Of a stretch of 56,589 nucleotides of DNA, positions 11,298 through 23,806 are shown one piece after another. Made by a program: the position numbers and the translations under genes. The notes under the pieces were generated by a model. The model saw only the letters and a program-made list of their open reading frames with translations. It ran no database searches and was not told the origin of the DNA. The first letter of the stretch is position 1, and the number at the start of each line of letters is the position of its first letter. The stretch comes from Octopus bimaculoides (taxonomy: Eukaryota), in the NCBI RefSeq assembly GCF_001194135.2, contig NC_069008.1, forward strand, positions 7,206,461-7,263,049, given 5' to 3'.

Positions 11298-12224
11298 CAG
11301 AAAAGTGAATTGGTAGATGAATATATAAACATACAAAAACTCACGTTTAAGCAAAAATAGCTCACACAATCTCACACACTCATGAGCATATAAAACATTC
11401 AGACCAACACACAAACACACACACACACACACACACACAATATACAGACCAAATCACACACATACACACAGAACATAAACATAGACATAGACGCAATAAC
11501 TCATACATACTAATCTATGCACACACACATATATACAATAAGAGGAACCACCACCATTTCCATCATCGCTATTACTACCACAACATTACCAAAACTACCA
11601 CCTGAACGGACACTGGTACTTCAACAGTAACTTGCCGCCACTATCATCACCACCACGACCACCACTATCACACTTGCACGCTGTCACGTCACAATAACCA
11701 CCACCAACACACTACCTCCACTATTATCATTATCAACATCATCATCTTGATAGAATATTTAGTGTATAAGTCTGTTTGTGTGTGAGTGTGTGTGTATTCC
11801 TATATTTTCTGCCTCAAATAATACAAGGATATAACATAGTAGTTAAACGGAGAAGACAAAGAGAAAGAGAGGAGAAAGAGGGGATGAGAAAGTGAAAAAG
11901 AAGGAAAATTGATATCTATGTGTATGAGAGAAAGGGGGAGAGAGAGTGTGGGAGTGAGAGAGAAAGAAGGAGAGAAGGATTTGAATGTCAAGTGTAGTTG
12001 ACCATAAAAGAAAATCGACACGCCTCCAGTTTTTTAAGCCACATACACATACACACACACACACATTACACGCATACATATATACACATACATACAAACA
12101 TTTATATACTCATACATCGATGTTCCAGTGTGGCTTTGGTAGTGACGGCTTAGACAAGTTAAAGACGTAAAGAACACGCACTTACAAATACACATTCATA
12201 TATATATATATATAACAGAGAGTG

Positions 12225-12258
<34 letters not shown>

Positions 12259-12841
12259 GAATTGGTGATGAGAAAGGAAGAGATTGAACAAAGTGCTTAC
12301 TGAGTGGAACTGAATCAAGTGAAGTGAATTTGAGTGTAATGGATTGAGTGTTATGCATATATCCCGAGCGATAACGATAAGGAACTAATTGATACAGCAA
12401 TTGACATTTTGCAAGTGTGCGCAATATTGGAAACTACTTCTAAGCTGTCAGTCATAAATTCTGTTTCCTACACACCAAAAAAAACAAAAAAACAAAAACA
12501 AAAGCCCACACCCGCATAGCATACGCAGTTTTTGTTTTTTCTTAATACTGTCAACACACATAACACGCCATTGCAATAAAGGTTGAGGATCGATACGTTG
12601 GGATCTATAATACACAAAGTGATTCGAGGAGCATATACATTCGCACCACATGCGCACGCGCTCACACACGCACGCACATGCTCACACAAACACACACACA
12701 CACACAAACACACTCATACACCACACTCACGAGGAAATAAATATATGAGTATAAGAGCAGACAAGTAAACGTTGCGTGTGATCTGAAGTTTTATATATAT
12801 ATACACACATCCATCCATACATACAAACATACATACATATA

Positions 12842-12872
<31 letters not shown>

Positions 12873-13039
12873 CTTATATACTTTTATATATCTACATATT
12901 ACAATATCATATACGCATACACACATAACAGGCGTACACAGATACGTACATACGTATGTATGTATATATATATACACACATGCTTACATTAATATATATG
13001 TATATAAAAAAGTGAAATATAACATCAAAACGCCTCACG

Positions 13040-14017
13040 ATGTGGGCTAACAGCACAGACGACCCGGAGAACTTTACCAAACCGAATTGGATTCATATGA
13101 CAATAATGATTGCCGTGACGGTTCTAATCTTGTTGTCATCTCTTTTCACTCTGGCCGTCATCGTTTACTCGAACGGTTACAGGTCATTACAGGGCATATT
13201 CATGATCTGTATAGCTTCGTCTAATTTATTAGTCGGCGTTTTGGTCACACCTGTCGGCATATTTCTCTCGCAAAACCCGGACTATCAAACGATCGAGAAC
13301 ATCTGTCCCGTGTCCTGCACCTCGCTCCTGTGGTCTGTCACTTTCGTTCTCTACTGCATCGGCTTCATGGCCCTGGAAAAGTACTTCAAAATCAAGTTAT
13401 CTATTACCTACGTTAACCGGATTCGACCACTCTACGGTTGGATTGTAGCTTGTCTGACAGCCGTCGGCAGTGCCTTCGTCGTCGCCCTCCCGATAAAGCT
13501 TCAAGGTTCCGAGATGTTCCGTTTGTACTCTGACACCAGTTTTCTGTGCATCTTCAGCTACCAAGGTTTGGGCTATATTTCCACACCAGCCATCCTACTT
13601 AATATCGGTTCGCATTTGGCGCTCGGCCAACTTGTGCGTCATATCAAGCGCAACCCCAATCAAATGTGTCCATCGATGCCTCGCCGACTCAACCGCGACC
13701 TGACGGCAGCGAAAACCATTTCCATTTCACTCGGGATCTTTCTCTGCTCCTATATTCCTGCTACAGTCTGTATCTTCTTACGACAATACGTTGTCGTGGA
13801 CATACCAAAACCAGTCTTTTTCGGAGTCACTTGGTTGACGATCTCAAACAATTTCTTTATTTCCATCCTCTACTACCAACACAACAGTGTGTTCCGGTAC
13901 AAGGCCCAGAAACTGATTCAAGTTATGTGTAATCCTTGCCAGTCATTGTTCTGCAGCAAGACGAACATTAAGGGCCTCTGGACATTTACTGATGTCAATG
14001 ACCAACTAAGTTTATAA
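13040..14017 (+). CDS. Single-exon class A (rhodopsin-like) orphan GPCR, 325 aa
   Basis: Uninterrupted ORF with seven hydrophobic segments. N-terminal sequons NST and NFT. TM3 Cys and ECL2 Cys (FLCIF). LEKY in place of DRY, TM6 AAKT..GIFLCSYIP, TM7/helix 8 WL...NN..ISILY...N..FR. In-frame TGA at 13013-13015, A at -3 of the ATG, and GC content higher than the flanks. Confidence 0.93.
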   Translation: MWANSTDDPENFTKPNWIHMTIMIAVTVLILLSSLFTLAVIVYSNGYRSLQGIFMICIASSNLLVGVLVTPVGIFLSQNPDYQTIENICPVSCTSLLWSVTFVLYCIGFMALEKYFKIKLSITYVNRIRPLYGWIVACLTAVGSAFVVALPIKLQGSEMFRLYSDTSFLCIFSYQGLGYISTPAILLNIGSHLALGQLVRHIKRNPNQMCPSMPRRLNRDLTAAKTISISLGIFLCSYIPATVCIFLRQYVVVDIPKPVFFGVTWLTISNNFFISILYYQHNSVFRYKAQKLIQVMCNPCQSLFCSKTNIKGLWTFTDVNDQLSL

Positions 14018-14638
14018 CCATTAGGTATTTATTTATTATAATTATTATAACAATTTTCATTGAATACGCCAAATATCTACCCATCTACCACCCCAAATTC
14101 ATTCTCCTAGGTTGAGTTGATAAGATATATAACACTGATGGAGTTCACTTCCACCAACTATGTGCCTGTGTCCTTTAGACATCTTTGATTAAATGAAATT
14201 TAAAATCATTATAATGATTTTTGTGTCATTGAATACAATATCTATCATTACATTGGTTAAAAATTAACCTGTCCTTCTTCCAGAGTCGGATTCGATAAAA
14301 TAATCAGTATATCAGTCAGTTTTTAGAGAGAAAAGCGTTCATCTTAATCAAAATATGCGCCATTGCATAGAGATTTTTATATTTTTTTATGTTTGACATT
14401 GTCAAGCGAACTTCTACACAACCACCAGGGGCATCCTCCTTTTCCTGAGGTGTGCATGTGTGCGCGTGCGCGCAGTTAAGTCCTTTAATAAGTATTTTAA
14501 ATAATCTTCCAGTTCTACAGTCGTTACTATTTGCACCAAAGCTTATCTTCACTGAGTACATGTACGAAGAGGGAGGTGCATCCTTTTTAAATCTTCAAAA
14601 ACTTCCTAGAGTGCTAACGACTCTGCCAGCTCACAGCC

Positions 14639-14700
<62 letters not shown>

Positions 14701-14701
<1 letters not shown>

Positions 14702-14860
14702 TGCAGTACCAGGCAGTGGCACTCATGGATTGAGATGTACGTTTTTTATCTTGGTGTAAAAGATGGGCTACAACAAATGTTCTGCTCAGTAGTACAGATT
14801 TACTTGTCGATTGTTTGACTTTAACCTGTTGATCATGTATATCATTCTTTTCTTTTTTGG
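14701..14860 (+). mobile_element. Interspersed repeat family E fragment directly after (AAT)n
   Basis: ATGCAGTACCAGGCAGTGGC..TTGGTGTAAAAGATGGGCTACA is the reverse complement of about 46620-46790. Confidence 0.75.
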
Positions 14861-15216
14861 GGGCGGGGTGAGTTGTTATTTGTTTGGGCAGTGACATTAA
14901 GAGATAGATTCGTCTTTAGACCGTTCACCTTTTGACAGAACACCGCCCATGGACATGCGTTGATGTTTCTTTCGTATTTATAATTATTATTGATGTATAA
15001 GCGAGAGACCGAGAAGAAACAGCAATGTGCATGNNNNNNNNNNNNNNNNNNNNNNNNNNNNNNNNNNNNNNNNNNNNAGGATTTGTATAAATATAGATAT
15101 ATATGTGATTAAAATTTTACTGACAGGTTTGAAGTTTTTGTATAAAGGTATTGCAGTCCATATGTTTTGCATTTTCACGCACGTTTTGCTGAGGCGACGC
15201 ATCTGAGGGAAGCTAT

Positions 15217-15251
<35 letters not shown>

Positions 15252-15252
<1 letters not shown>

Positions 15253-15450
15253 GTTGAAATTTACAGAAAAACAGAAGACGAAGACAGATGGTGTAGACAA
15301 CAAACAGATGTATTAGTTTAACGCTCGGGAAGTGAACAAGTCTTTAACGTTTCGAGCCTACGCTCTTCCACAGAAAGGAACACAGAAAGAAACAAGGAGA
15401 GAAAATAAAGAGAAAAAATAAAGAATGTGTAGTGGCTAGCGATCTATCAT
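15252..15450 (-). mobile_element. PLE-type terminal-repeat fragment (same family as 39290-39470)
   Basis: Reverse-complement similarity to 39290-39470; carries a hammerhead-like motif. Confidence 0.65.
15342..15377 (-). ncRNA. Minimal type I hammerhead-like motif with variant core
   Basis: CTTT-CTGTGGA-AGAGCGTAGGCTC-GAAACGT-T-AAAG. Helix I is CTTT/AAAG, hairpin GAGC/GCTC, palindromic ACGT. Confidence 0.6.
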
Positions 15451-15622
15451 GCCGAAATATATGTATATTTACTCCATATACGAAAATTCTTTCGGTTTCC
15501 TAAGATGGCTTATATTAAAACATAGTCTTCTTTCATTGTTTTTGCGGATTCTTAATTCCTGCTTCGCTATGATTTCAGATTTGATCTATCTTCCCGGCAG
15601 CTCGCTGTCACATATCCATGCT

Positions 15623-15684
<62 letters not shown>

Positions 15685-15685
15685 T

Positions 15686-15978
15686 TATGTTTGACTTTTG
15701 TTTTGCATTTGTACAAGTTGGATCCAAGTCTCACCCAGAGACCTCAAGAGACAACAAGTTAGAATTTCATGTAGGTGTTATGCCTAGGGTACCATATATT
15801 TGGATTTGTACAGTTTTGTTCAAGTGAATGTTTAAGAAACCATAAGAAAATTATGTGTTTGCTTTAAAATTTGAGATCACATAGACAGTATTTTACGTAG
15901 GATATGGGCAGTTCCCATGAGCACTATCTTTTGAACTTCAGCCATTTTGGGGTTTCCTGGTATCTGATCTAGGTAGTA
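15686..15978 (-). mobile_element. 5'-truncated R4/Dong-like retroelement (ORF end plus 3' UTR) within (AAT)n
   Basis: YLDQIPGNPKMAEVQKIVLMGTAHILRKILSM* is a typical RLE-element C-terminus. (ATT)n on both sides. Confidence 0.8.
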
Positions 15979-16078
<100 letters not shown>

Positions 16079-16082
16079 TTTA

Positions 16083-16430
16083 GAGAAGTCACATTGGCAG
16101 AATCGTTAGAGCGTTGCGAAAATTCCTTGCAGTATCTAGTTAGGTCTCTTTCCCCCTCTGAGTTCAAATCCTGCCGAGGTCAAACTTGCCTTATATTCCC
16201 CTCCTCAGAGTCGATAAAGTGCTGAGACTGATGTAATCCTCTCACTATTGTTGGCCTTACACCTAAATTAATTAGAAGCAATTACTAAGGCCATTGACTT
16301 GGAAAATCGTTAGAGAATCGAACAAAATGCCCTGCAGTATTTGGTTAGTTCTATTTCCGTTCCATACTCAAATCGTGCCGAGGCCAACTTTGCTTCTCGT
16401 CTTTTCGGTTAGATAAAATAAAGTAACAGT
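16083..16430 (+). mobile_element. Two tandem, diverged SINE B copies
   Basis: GGCAGAATCGTTAGAGC..GAGTTCAAAT..GCCGAGGTCAA and AATCGTTAGAG..GCCGAGGCCAACTTTGC. Confidence 0.75.
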
Positions 16431-16889
16431 CATTATACCTAAGTTTTGAAGGCGATAGGTTTTTAACAACTGAATGAGTTGTGTGACGATATATCTCAGA
16501 ATCACTTACTAAAGTTAATCTCTTGAATAAGTGAATTACTTATCCGTCGAAATAGCAGCCGAATTCTTTCACATTCCATTCGACCTTCATAAAAAAACGA
16601 AAGAGAACATCGCGTAGTATAGTCATTGCTAGAAAGAAAAACAAAAAACAGCAAAGTTGGTACGCATTTGTCCAATGCTCTATTTGCTAATGAATAGATG
16701 GCTTAAGGCTAAAAAGACAACAAAAATTGGTTAAAGCCAGCCACTGGAAGATGGTTATGATAATGAAACAGGTAAATAAGATTGTTTATTAAAACTAGTC
16801 TGTTTCCCGAGATAGTTAATTTTTAAAAATTTTATTGTTCATTAGAATAACAAAACGGAATGTAAATTGTTACGCTTATGACTGGCACG

Positions 16890-17166
16890 AAATTGCTTAC
16901 GACGACGAGGGAAATTAACATGCAAGTGGCTGAATACTCCATAGACAGATGCACCCTTAGCGTAGTTCTCAGGGATATTCAGTATTAGACAGAATGTGAC
17001 AAGTCTGGTCCTTTGAAATACAGGTACTACTCTCATTTTTGACAGTGAACTGGAGCAACGTGAAATAAAGTGTCTTGCTTAAGGATCCAACGTGCCGCCG
17101 GGAACTGAACTCGTGAGTTTACGACTGTAAGCCGAATACCCTGACCACCAAGCCACGCACCTTCAC
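16890..17166 (-). mobile_element. SINE family C, long form (tail type 1)
   Basis: TGAACTGGAGCAACGTGAAATAAAGTGTCTTGCT core plus a tRNA-like head ending CGCACCTTCAC. Confidence 0.82.
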
Positions 17167-17419
17167 TACTGTCGTACACAGGTTTCTTTAAACTGCTCTT
17201 TTTATCTCGATTGTTAATACGGTGAAATTATTAAATGGACTATTGGGTTATGTATTAAACGAAATACGCAAAACTTCTTATTTAACTAATTAATGCATGT
17301 CTTCCGACAGTCATCAAATACGAAATGTATAATTTAATGAATAATAATGAAGAAAAAATGTTTTTAAAAGAATAAGAAACTGGTTATTTCCTTATATTAT
17401 TTTGTTCAGTGCTGAAGAA

Positions 17420-18170
17420 AGTTAACTGGACCGCAACAAACCTATAGAAATATTTCTGTGAGCTCCAAAGCAAAGATAATTCTGGTGAATTTGTGTCTTA
17501 CTATGAGCATGCTTGTGAATATTTATATACACTTATATGGGAACACTTTCTTGATGTGTGCATTCACTATTGTGTGAATGCTAGCGTGAAACAACTCATG
17601 TTAACGTTCCATCTCCTGAAATTTCTTGAGGAAGGAAAATTGACAAAGTGAAATTTTGAAAAGGCAATTGAAAACTGTCTTTGCTTTTATAAACTGTCTT
17701 TGCATCATAAGAAAACTAAATTGGAAGGGCTAAATGGCCACATCTGAGTAGTCTCAAATTAGACACACTAAAATGAAATGTTACTAGGCCAAAAGAAATA
17801 CGACAAATAAAAACATTACAATTGTATGTTTCCATAAAGTTTTGAAAATATACTGAAAATTCTAATCAGCGAAGCATATGTTGACGTTTCCAGTTTGGGT
17901 AGAAACAGTGCCGTCTTAAGATGTGGGCACACTGGGCAGTTACCCGGGTGCCTCGCAGGCCTCACGGCCCTAATTATGATCATGGTATGCTGTGGTTTGC
18001 TATCAATAAATACAATAGGGCCTAGTGCATTGCTGTTCTCGGGGGGTGGGGTGCTATAATGTTTCTAAGGCGGCCCTGGGTAGAGCGTTTGCTATAGGTC
18101 AACTGGAATTCGTGTTTTAGGTGGAGAATTGATTAATTTCAAATTTACGTGCATGTGGAAAATTTCTTAT
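17420..18170 (+). pseudogene. Possible hAT-like transposase remnant, split by a MITE
   Basis: Remnants SYYEHACEYL and ILISEAYV recall the hAT C-terminal (S/T)xAxVERxFS region. Heavily degraded. Confidence 0.25.
17906..18078. mobile_element. hAT-type MITE, 173 bp
   Basis: Terminal inverted repeats CAGTGCCGTCTTA and TAAGGCGGCCCTG. Flanking 8-mers GGTAGAAA and GGTAGAGC (6/8 match). Confidence 0.75.
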
Positions 18171-18409
18171 TAACAAAGTCATTTTTATTGCCCCCTCCCC
18201 TCTTTGAAAATCACTAACATCACCAGGTTTTTGTATTTTTTCTCTGATAAGCATATTTCAATTAAGATTTGTGTGTACTTCATTCATTACATCAGCCCTT
18301 ATCTCATTAATAGACTATGCCAAATACTTTAATTTGCATACACTGACGGCCAGTATAAATAAGCAATCGTAAATAATTATTTTAACAATCTCGTTTAAAT
18401 CCTCTAGTA

Positions 18410-19120
18410 AACTACTCCCCTCTATATCCTGAATTGTTAAAATAATTTATTGTTCTATAAATAGATTCTTTATTAAAATGGACAACCTGTATATTTGGAT
18501 TGTTAAAGAAACAGAATATTTTTTTATCTATGAATTGTTTACTAAAATCACAATTTGTATATCTGGATTGCTTAAATATGCGACGGCTTCTATAAATGAA
18601 GGGCCTAGTGAAGATGGCCACCTTTATATGTGGATTGTTAGCTGAACTACAGATAGTTTTCCTTTTCTTTTTCTAATTAAAAATAAACATCTGTATACAT
18701 GAATTTATGAATAGGTCATTCATTAAAACTGAATTTGTATATTTGAAGATTGTTAACACAAGTGATCACCTCCTTAAATGGATCGCTTTTATTTAAATAA
18801 TCATTTTATTTTTATTTCTGTGTTGTTACAATAGCCAACCACTTTTACAAAGGGGTTGTTTGTTGAAACTAGTTATCTGAGTCATTAAAGTAACTGTGAC
18901 TAATAGTAAAAATGGATTGCTTAATGAAATAATTACTTGTATAACACAATTGCTAAAACTGGGTGAACACTTCTATAAATGAATTTTTTAAACCGACCAT
19001 CTGAATACCTTGATTGTTAACATAACTGACCACATTTATAAGATTGCTTATTAAACCAGCAATCTACATACACATCGGTACAGTTTTGAAAATAACTGAC
19101 TAGTTTTGTAAAAAGAATTA
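18410..19120. repeat. Degenerate minisatellite, about 65-68 bp period
   Basis: TGTATAT(C/T)TGGATTG(T/C)T at 18488, 18556 and 18623. TCTATAAAT at 18454, 18589 and about 18972. Confidence 0.65.
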
Positions 19121-19329
19121 CGTATATTTCAAACATTGATTAGCTATGAATGCAAAATAAATAAAGTTACCAAATTATATTCTTTTAAAACTCACCAGTT
19201 TACAAAATAAGTGAAATCATTCCATTATTTATTAAAATTTATTTTTTATACATTTTTAAAAAGAAACAAAATGTGACATCAATCTATTATTTGATTGAAA
19301 CGAGCTAATGAGGGGCTTCTATATAAACC

Positions 19330-20880
19330 CTAGAATTCCTAGAAATAATGGCAAAAATCTCCTTCAAGCGATACCTTTCCAAGTACAAAATAAAGAATGA
19401 CATATTGCAAAATGTAGTGATAGATATACAAAAATCGCACGATGGTCAGTAACCATTTGTGTACCTGATCAGCGCTGATCTAGATTAAACAATTTAAAGT
19501 GACTCTAAGAAAAGACTGTAATGTTGGACGACGCAAAATGACCAATGGTATTCCTCTAAAGTGGTTATTTATAAAGACTTGCAGAGACATGGTCGCTTTA
19601 TAAAGAAACAGCAGGCAAATTTTCTTAACCATCACACCTCATCTTCTACGAAAAGTTAAATTCGATAATGGAATTCTGTTTGGACTACGTCTGCGTAAAC
19701 AATGGGATGATCACAAATGTAAAAAAGGACGAGAAGATGAATATTTTGACCATAGATCCGCTCACTAAACAACAATATTGGATTAACAATAATTCAAAAA
19801 TTATTATTTATATGTTTCAAAATTTCGTTTCGTTACTGAAATCTTGACCCAAATTTTGAACAAATTGTCAAAACTGTTTTAATTGATTTCCTAAACGCTG
19901 AATAATTTATACATTCATTTTTTATTCAAAAAGCACCACTTATTTCTAAAATTGTTTTTTTAATGTCTTTTTTTTTTTTTTTTAGCCGTTGTCCTTGTTC
20001 GGAATTATTCCATTATCTACTGTAGAATTATTCCATTATCTACTCACTTCTAACCAAATGAGTATTTGTTATTATCTTTAAAAAGATACAATCACAATTG
20101 GAATTTCATAAGAATGACCAATTTTAACTTTTTACTTGATTAATTAACAGATTTATTGAAAAACAAATGTGATCATTTGTATCATCGGTGAACAAAACAA
20201 ACGACACTAGGTTTTAAANNNNNNNNNNNNNNNNNNNNNNNNNNNNNNNNNNNNNNNNNNNNNNNNNNNNNNNNNNNNNNNNNNNNNNNNNNNNNNNNNN
20301 NNNNNNNNNNNNNNNNNNNNNNNNNNNNNNNNNNNNNNNNNNNNNNNNNNNNNNNNNNNNNNNNNNNNNNNNNNNNNNNNNNNNNNNNNNNNNNNNNNNN
20401 NNNNNNNNNNNNNNNNNNNNNNNNNNNNNNNNNNNNNNNNNNNNNNNNNNATCTGCGTTTATTTACACTTAAAACCTTACAGAACCCTCAACTACTGTAT
20501 TTGGCACCTTCCATTAGAAACTACTGCTCTAGAGTATACACTTTGACTACTCAGATATCTCTTGAGAATGAAAAGCTAATCCACTTTTCTCTTAATTTAC
20601 TGGATAGAAGAATGGTAGAACCCTTGAACTTTTGCAGACTGGCGCAAAAAAAAAAAAAACGAGAAAGAAATCCACCGTTCATAGGTTATGTTCATATAGG
20701 TACAAGTTCTTGCAGCAGAATGGACTTCGCAAAAAGCATCCAGAAACCAACTGGTCGTGCAAAAACGGATGACATGTCTTTCGTCCAAAATTATCTCCAC
20801 ATGGCTGTCTGGATTACAAAATGACAAACCTCGAGTCTTTGAAGCGCAGAAAAAAGCGGCAAAATTAAACAATAAACAAT
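19330..20880 (+). mobile_element. Tc1/Tc3-like transposase remnants (two patches separated by an N gap)
   Basis: KDEKMNIL..QYW (about 19725-19780) and RMDFAK..ETNWS..TDDMSF (about 20715-20785) resemble the segments around the first catalytic Asp of Tc1-family transposases. Confidence 0.35.
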
Positions 20881-21196
20881 AGTGACCACTTGACCACTTA
20901 TGTTTTCAACAGTCATCAGTCAAACTTATCGTGTATTTGAAGCGCGTAATATTGGCACAAAAATTAACCACTTGGATATCTGCCAGATGCAATACTGGCC
21001 GTTCGAATTTCTTACATATGTCAAAACTGACTTAACCGCTCGTATTTCTTGTTTATAAAGTTTAACCACCTATTCCTCTTGAAATACCAAAACAGACCGA
21101 TCGAGTTTTAATATAAAACCTGGCTGGTATTATTCTTGGACTTGAAAAATTTGACCACCTCTTTTCTTTTTCTTCAAATAAACATTACCTACATGA

Positions 21197-21228
<32 letters not shown>

Positions 21229-21232
21229 CATT

Positions 21233-21270
<38 letters not shown>

Positions 21271-21469
21271 TATTCAGTAGTTTTATTTTTACTACTTGCC
21301 TTGGATATGTGCACCTGTGGTTTGTTTTAGTGTTGTTATCTTTACTGTATTAAAAGTGCTTTACGTCGGATGTGTACGGTGCCTAGCAGTTACGTTTTGT
21401 GTATGTTATATATATTCGTAAATCCTGATGTTTTGGTTATGTATTCATCTGTATGTTTTTTTGTTTTAT

Positions 21470-23610
21470 TATTATTATCTTACTTGACTCAGATTTGGTC
21501 TTATTCCTTGTAGACTTTATGCGGGTAGCGTATTACTATCTGTAACCATAGAATATCCACAAGCTTTTCAATATTTCAAGTGCTCAAAACCCTTCTGATA
21601 ATCTTTTCTGTCTATAAAAGGCAAACTTTCTATAGAAGTTCTACAGGACACTCTATTCCAATGTTCTTCAAGCATTTTATCTCTATCATCACTCACAGTT
21701 CCTAATCACCAATCATTATAGGCACAACCTTTACAGTCTTCATATTCCAAACTTTAAGGGATTGTATTTTTTAAATTTTTCGTCTTCTTTCTTCACAATC
21801 CTGGAATCAAACAGACATGATGGATCAATCAGTAAGCAACTTTGCTTTTCCTTGTCAAGTATTTTTATGTCTGATTTATTATTCTTTATCTTCTAACCTG
21901 TTTAAATAGGAAAATCCCATAAATCGTGCATTTCTCCGACTCAAGCATTGTTTTAACACGATAATTAGACTATTACTTCCAGCTTCAAAGCACCACTGAC
22001 AAAGCTTCTAGTGCAAAACTTTCACAACTTGATGATGCCTTTATTTCTTATATTCTCCTTGAATCAGATTGGAACATTCTACTACAACGTATGCCGTTAC
22101 TTCATCAACCTCTACATTTTGCTGAAATCTCCCCGTACGCATATTTTCTCAAGTTGTTTGTTTTTAACACTTGATCTTGAGCTACTTTTTTTCAATTGCC
22201 CGTTTTTTTAACCAAGCCCACGTTTTTATTCCACTTACATCCTCACTGGCTTTCCAAAACTGAGCGCGCAAAAGCTTCCCTTCAATCTGTTTAACATGCT
22301 CTCTTTGAGTTTCATTCTTATTGTTTTCTCCTGTTCCACACTTGATCGCCTGTTCTTTATTCACTGCCTTTAGTAATTTCTGTGATGTTCTGTAAATATT
22401 CTAGTAGGCTTTTTCTTTCCATCTCTACACACTCTTCTACCCCGGTCTCTCTTCATGTATAACCTGCTAATATCAGCTTCTGGATGTCAGCATAGTCAAT
22501 AGCTTTCTAGTTTTTCTGTCAAGTTTCTGTATGTCGCTTTTTGTCCAATCTACAATTCTAACTCTACATATGCTACCAGTACTGCGCTTGCATTTATTGC
22601 TTCAATAACATTTTTTTTATTCAACTTTAACAATAATATTTTTTCATTTTCCTTGTATGCTCCATACTTATAATTAATTTACTTTATCCCTTCATGTTTT
22701 ATTTCATCTACCTCCAGTATCCCCAAATACTTATACCGCTGTCCTTTCTCAATTGCCTTCATTGTTTGCCCATTTGGTATTTCAATTCTATAGCTTCCTT
22801 CAAATCTTAGTTTCATTATCAATATAGCGCACTTTTCAATTCTAAATGCCATACCTACAACATTTGAGAAGATGTGAATAGTATGTACAAGACTTTAAGT
22901 TAGTTCTCATTTTTCGCATAAAGCCTTATATCATCTATAAAAAGGTGATGATTTATCTGACTATACTCTTTCCCCAAATCATAAGCTATTTTGGCTTCTC
23001 GTAATATCAAACTGAGTGGTGGCATGTCCTATACAAGTAGATAAGCTATCACCCTGAAAAATACTACGTCTGATGTTCACTTTCCCAAGTCTTTGTTTTC
23101 CTCCAATCAATTTAGTATTTCAATAACCATTTTCTCCATATTCTCTGCCACTCCAAACATGCACATTGTTTTTCTAATCTAACAGTGCGGTTTCATACCA
23201 TATGCTTTTCTATAATCCAATCATGCTACATTCATTGCCGTCAATCTGCGTCTACAATTTCTGACTATTATTTTATTAGCTAATAACTGGCCTTCAGTTA
23301 CCCTACTTTGTTTTCTGCATCTTTTCTGTTCTACTGGAAGTAAATTGTTATTTTCCAGATGATTATCTAACTTTTCCGCCAAGATGCTGCTCATAAGCTT
23401 CCACATAAGTGCTAACCATGTTATAGGTCGAAAATTTGATATTTTCAAGGGGTCGTTTAGACGTAACAACGTTCGTCTATTTGACATCAAGGTAGGGGTA
23501 TGTCCTTGTTGCAGACATTCATCAAGTTGGGCAGCAGTTCTTTCATGCAGCTGTGTAAAATTCTTCAGCCAGGTCCTTTCCAAATTTGTTGCTTCTTTCT
23601 AACTTCAGTT
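21470..23610 (-). mobile_element. R4/Dong-clade non-LTR retrotransposon, 5'-truncated and degraded (RT plus RLE)
   Basis: NFRPITWLALMWKL, EQKRCRKQSR, WxDYRKAY, IFQGDSLS, LFIDDIRLY, YKYLGILE, KLDRKTRKLL, WDFPI and CLLIDPSC. Multiple stops and frameshifts. Confidence 0.9.
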
Positions 23611-23627
23611 TCAATGAATACAGACCA

Positions 23628-23786
23628 ATTCTTTTCTACTCTAGGCGCAAGGGCCGAAATTTTGGGGGGAGGATCGATTAGATCGACCCCAATACGCAAC
23701 TGGTACTTAATTTATCGACCCCGAAAGGATGAAAGGCAAAGTTGACCTCGGTGGAATTTGAACTCAGAACATAAAGACAGACGAAA
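23628..23786 (-). mobile_element. SINE family B, head lost
   Basis: Near-consensus core, reverse complement. Confidence 0.88.
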
Positions 23787-23806
23787 GGCCTTCAGTAGAA
23801 AAGATT

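Noticed and set aside
13002-13011. TATA-like TATATAAAAA upstream of the GPCR ATG
   Set aside because: Embedded in TA-rich simple sequence and too close to the ATG to be diagnostic; the transcription start is unknown.
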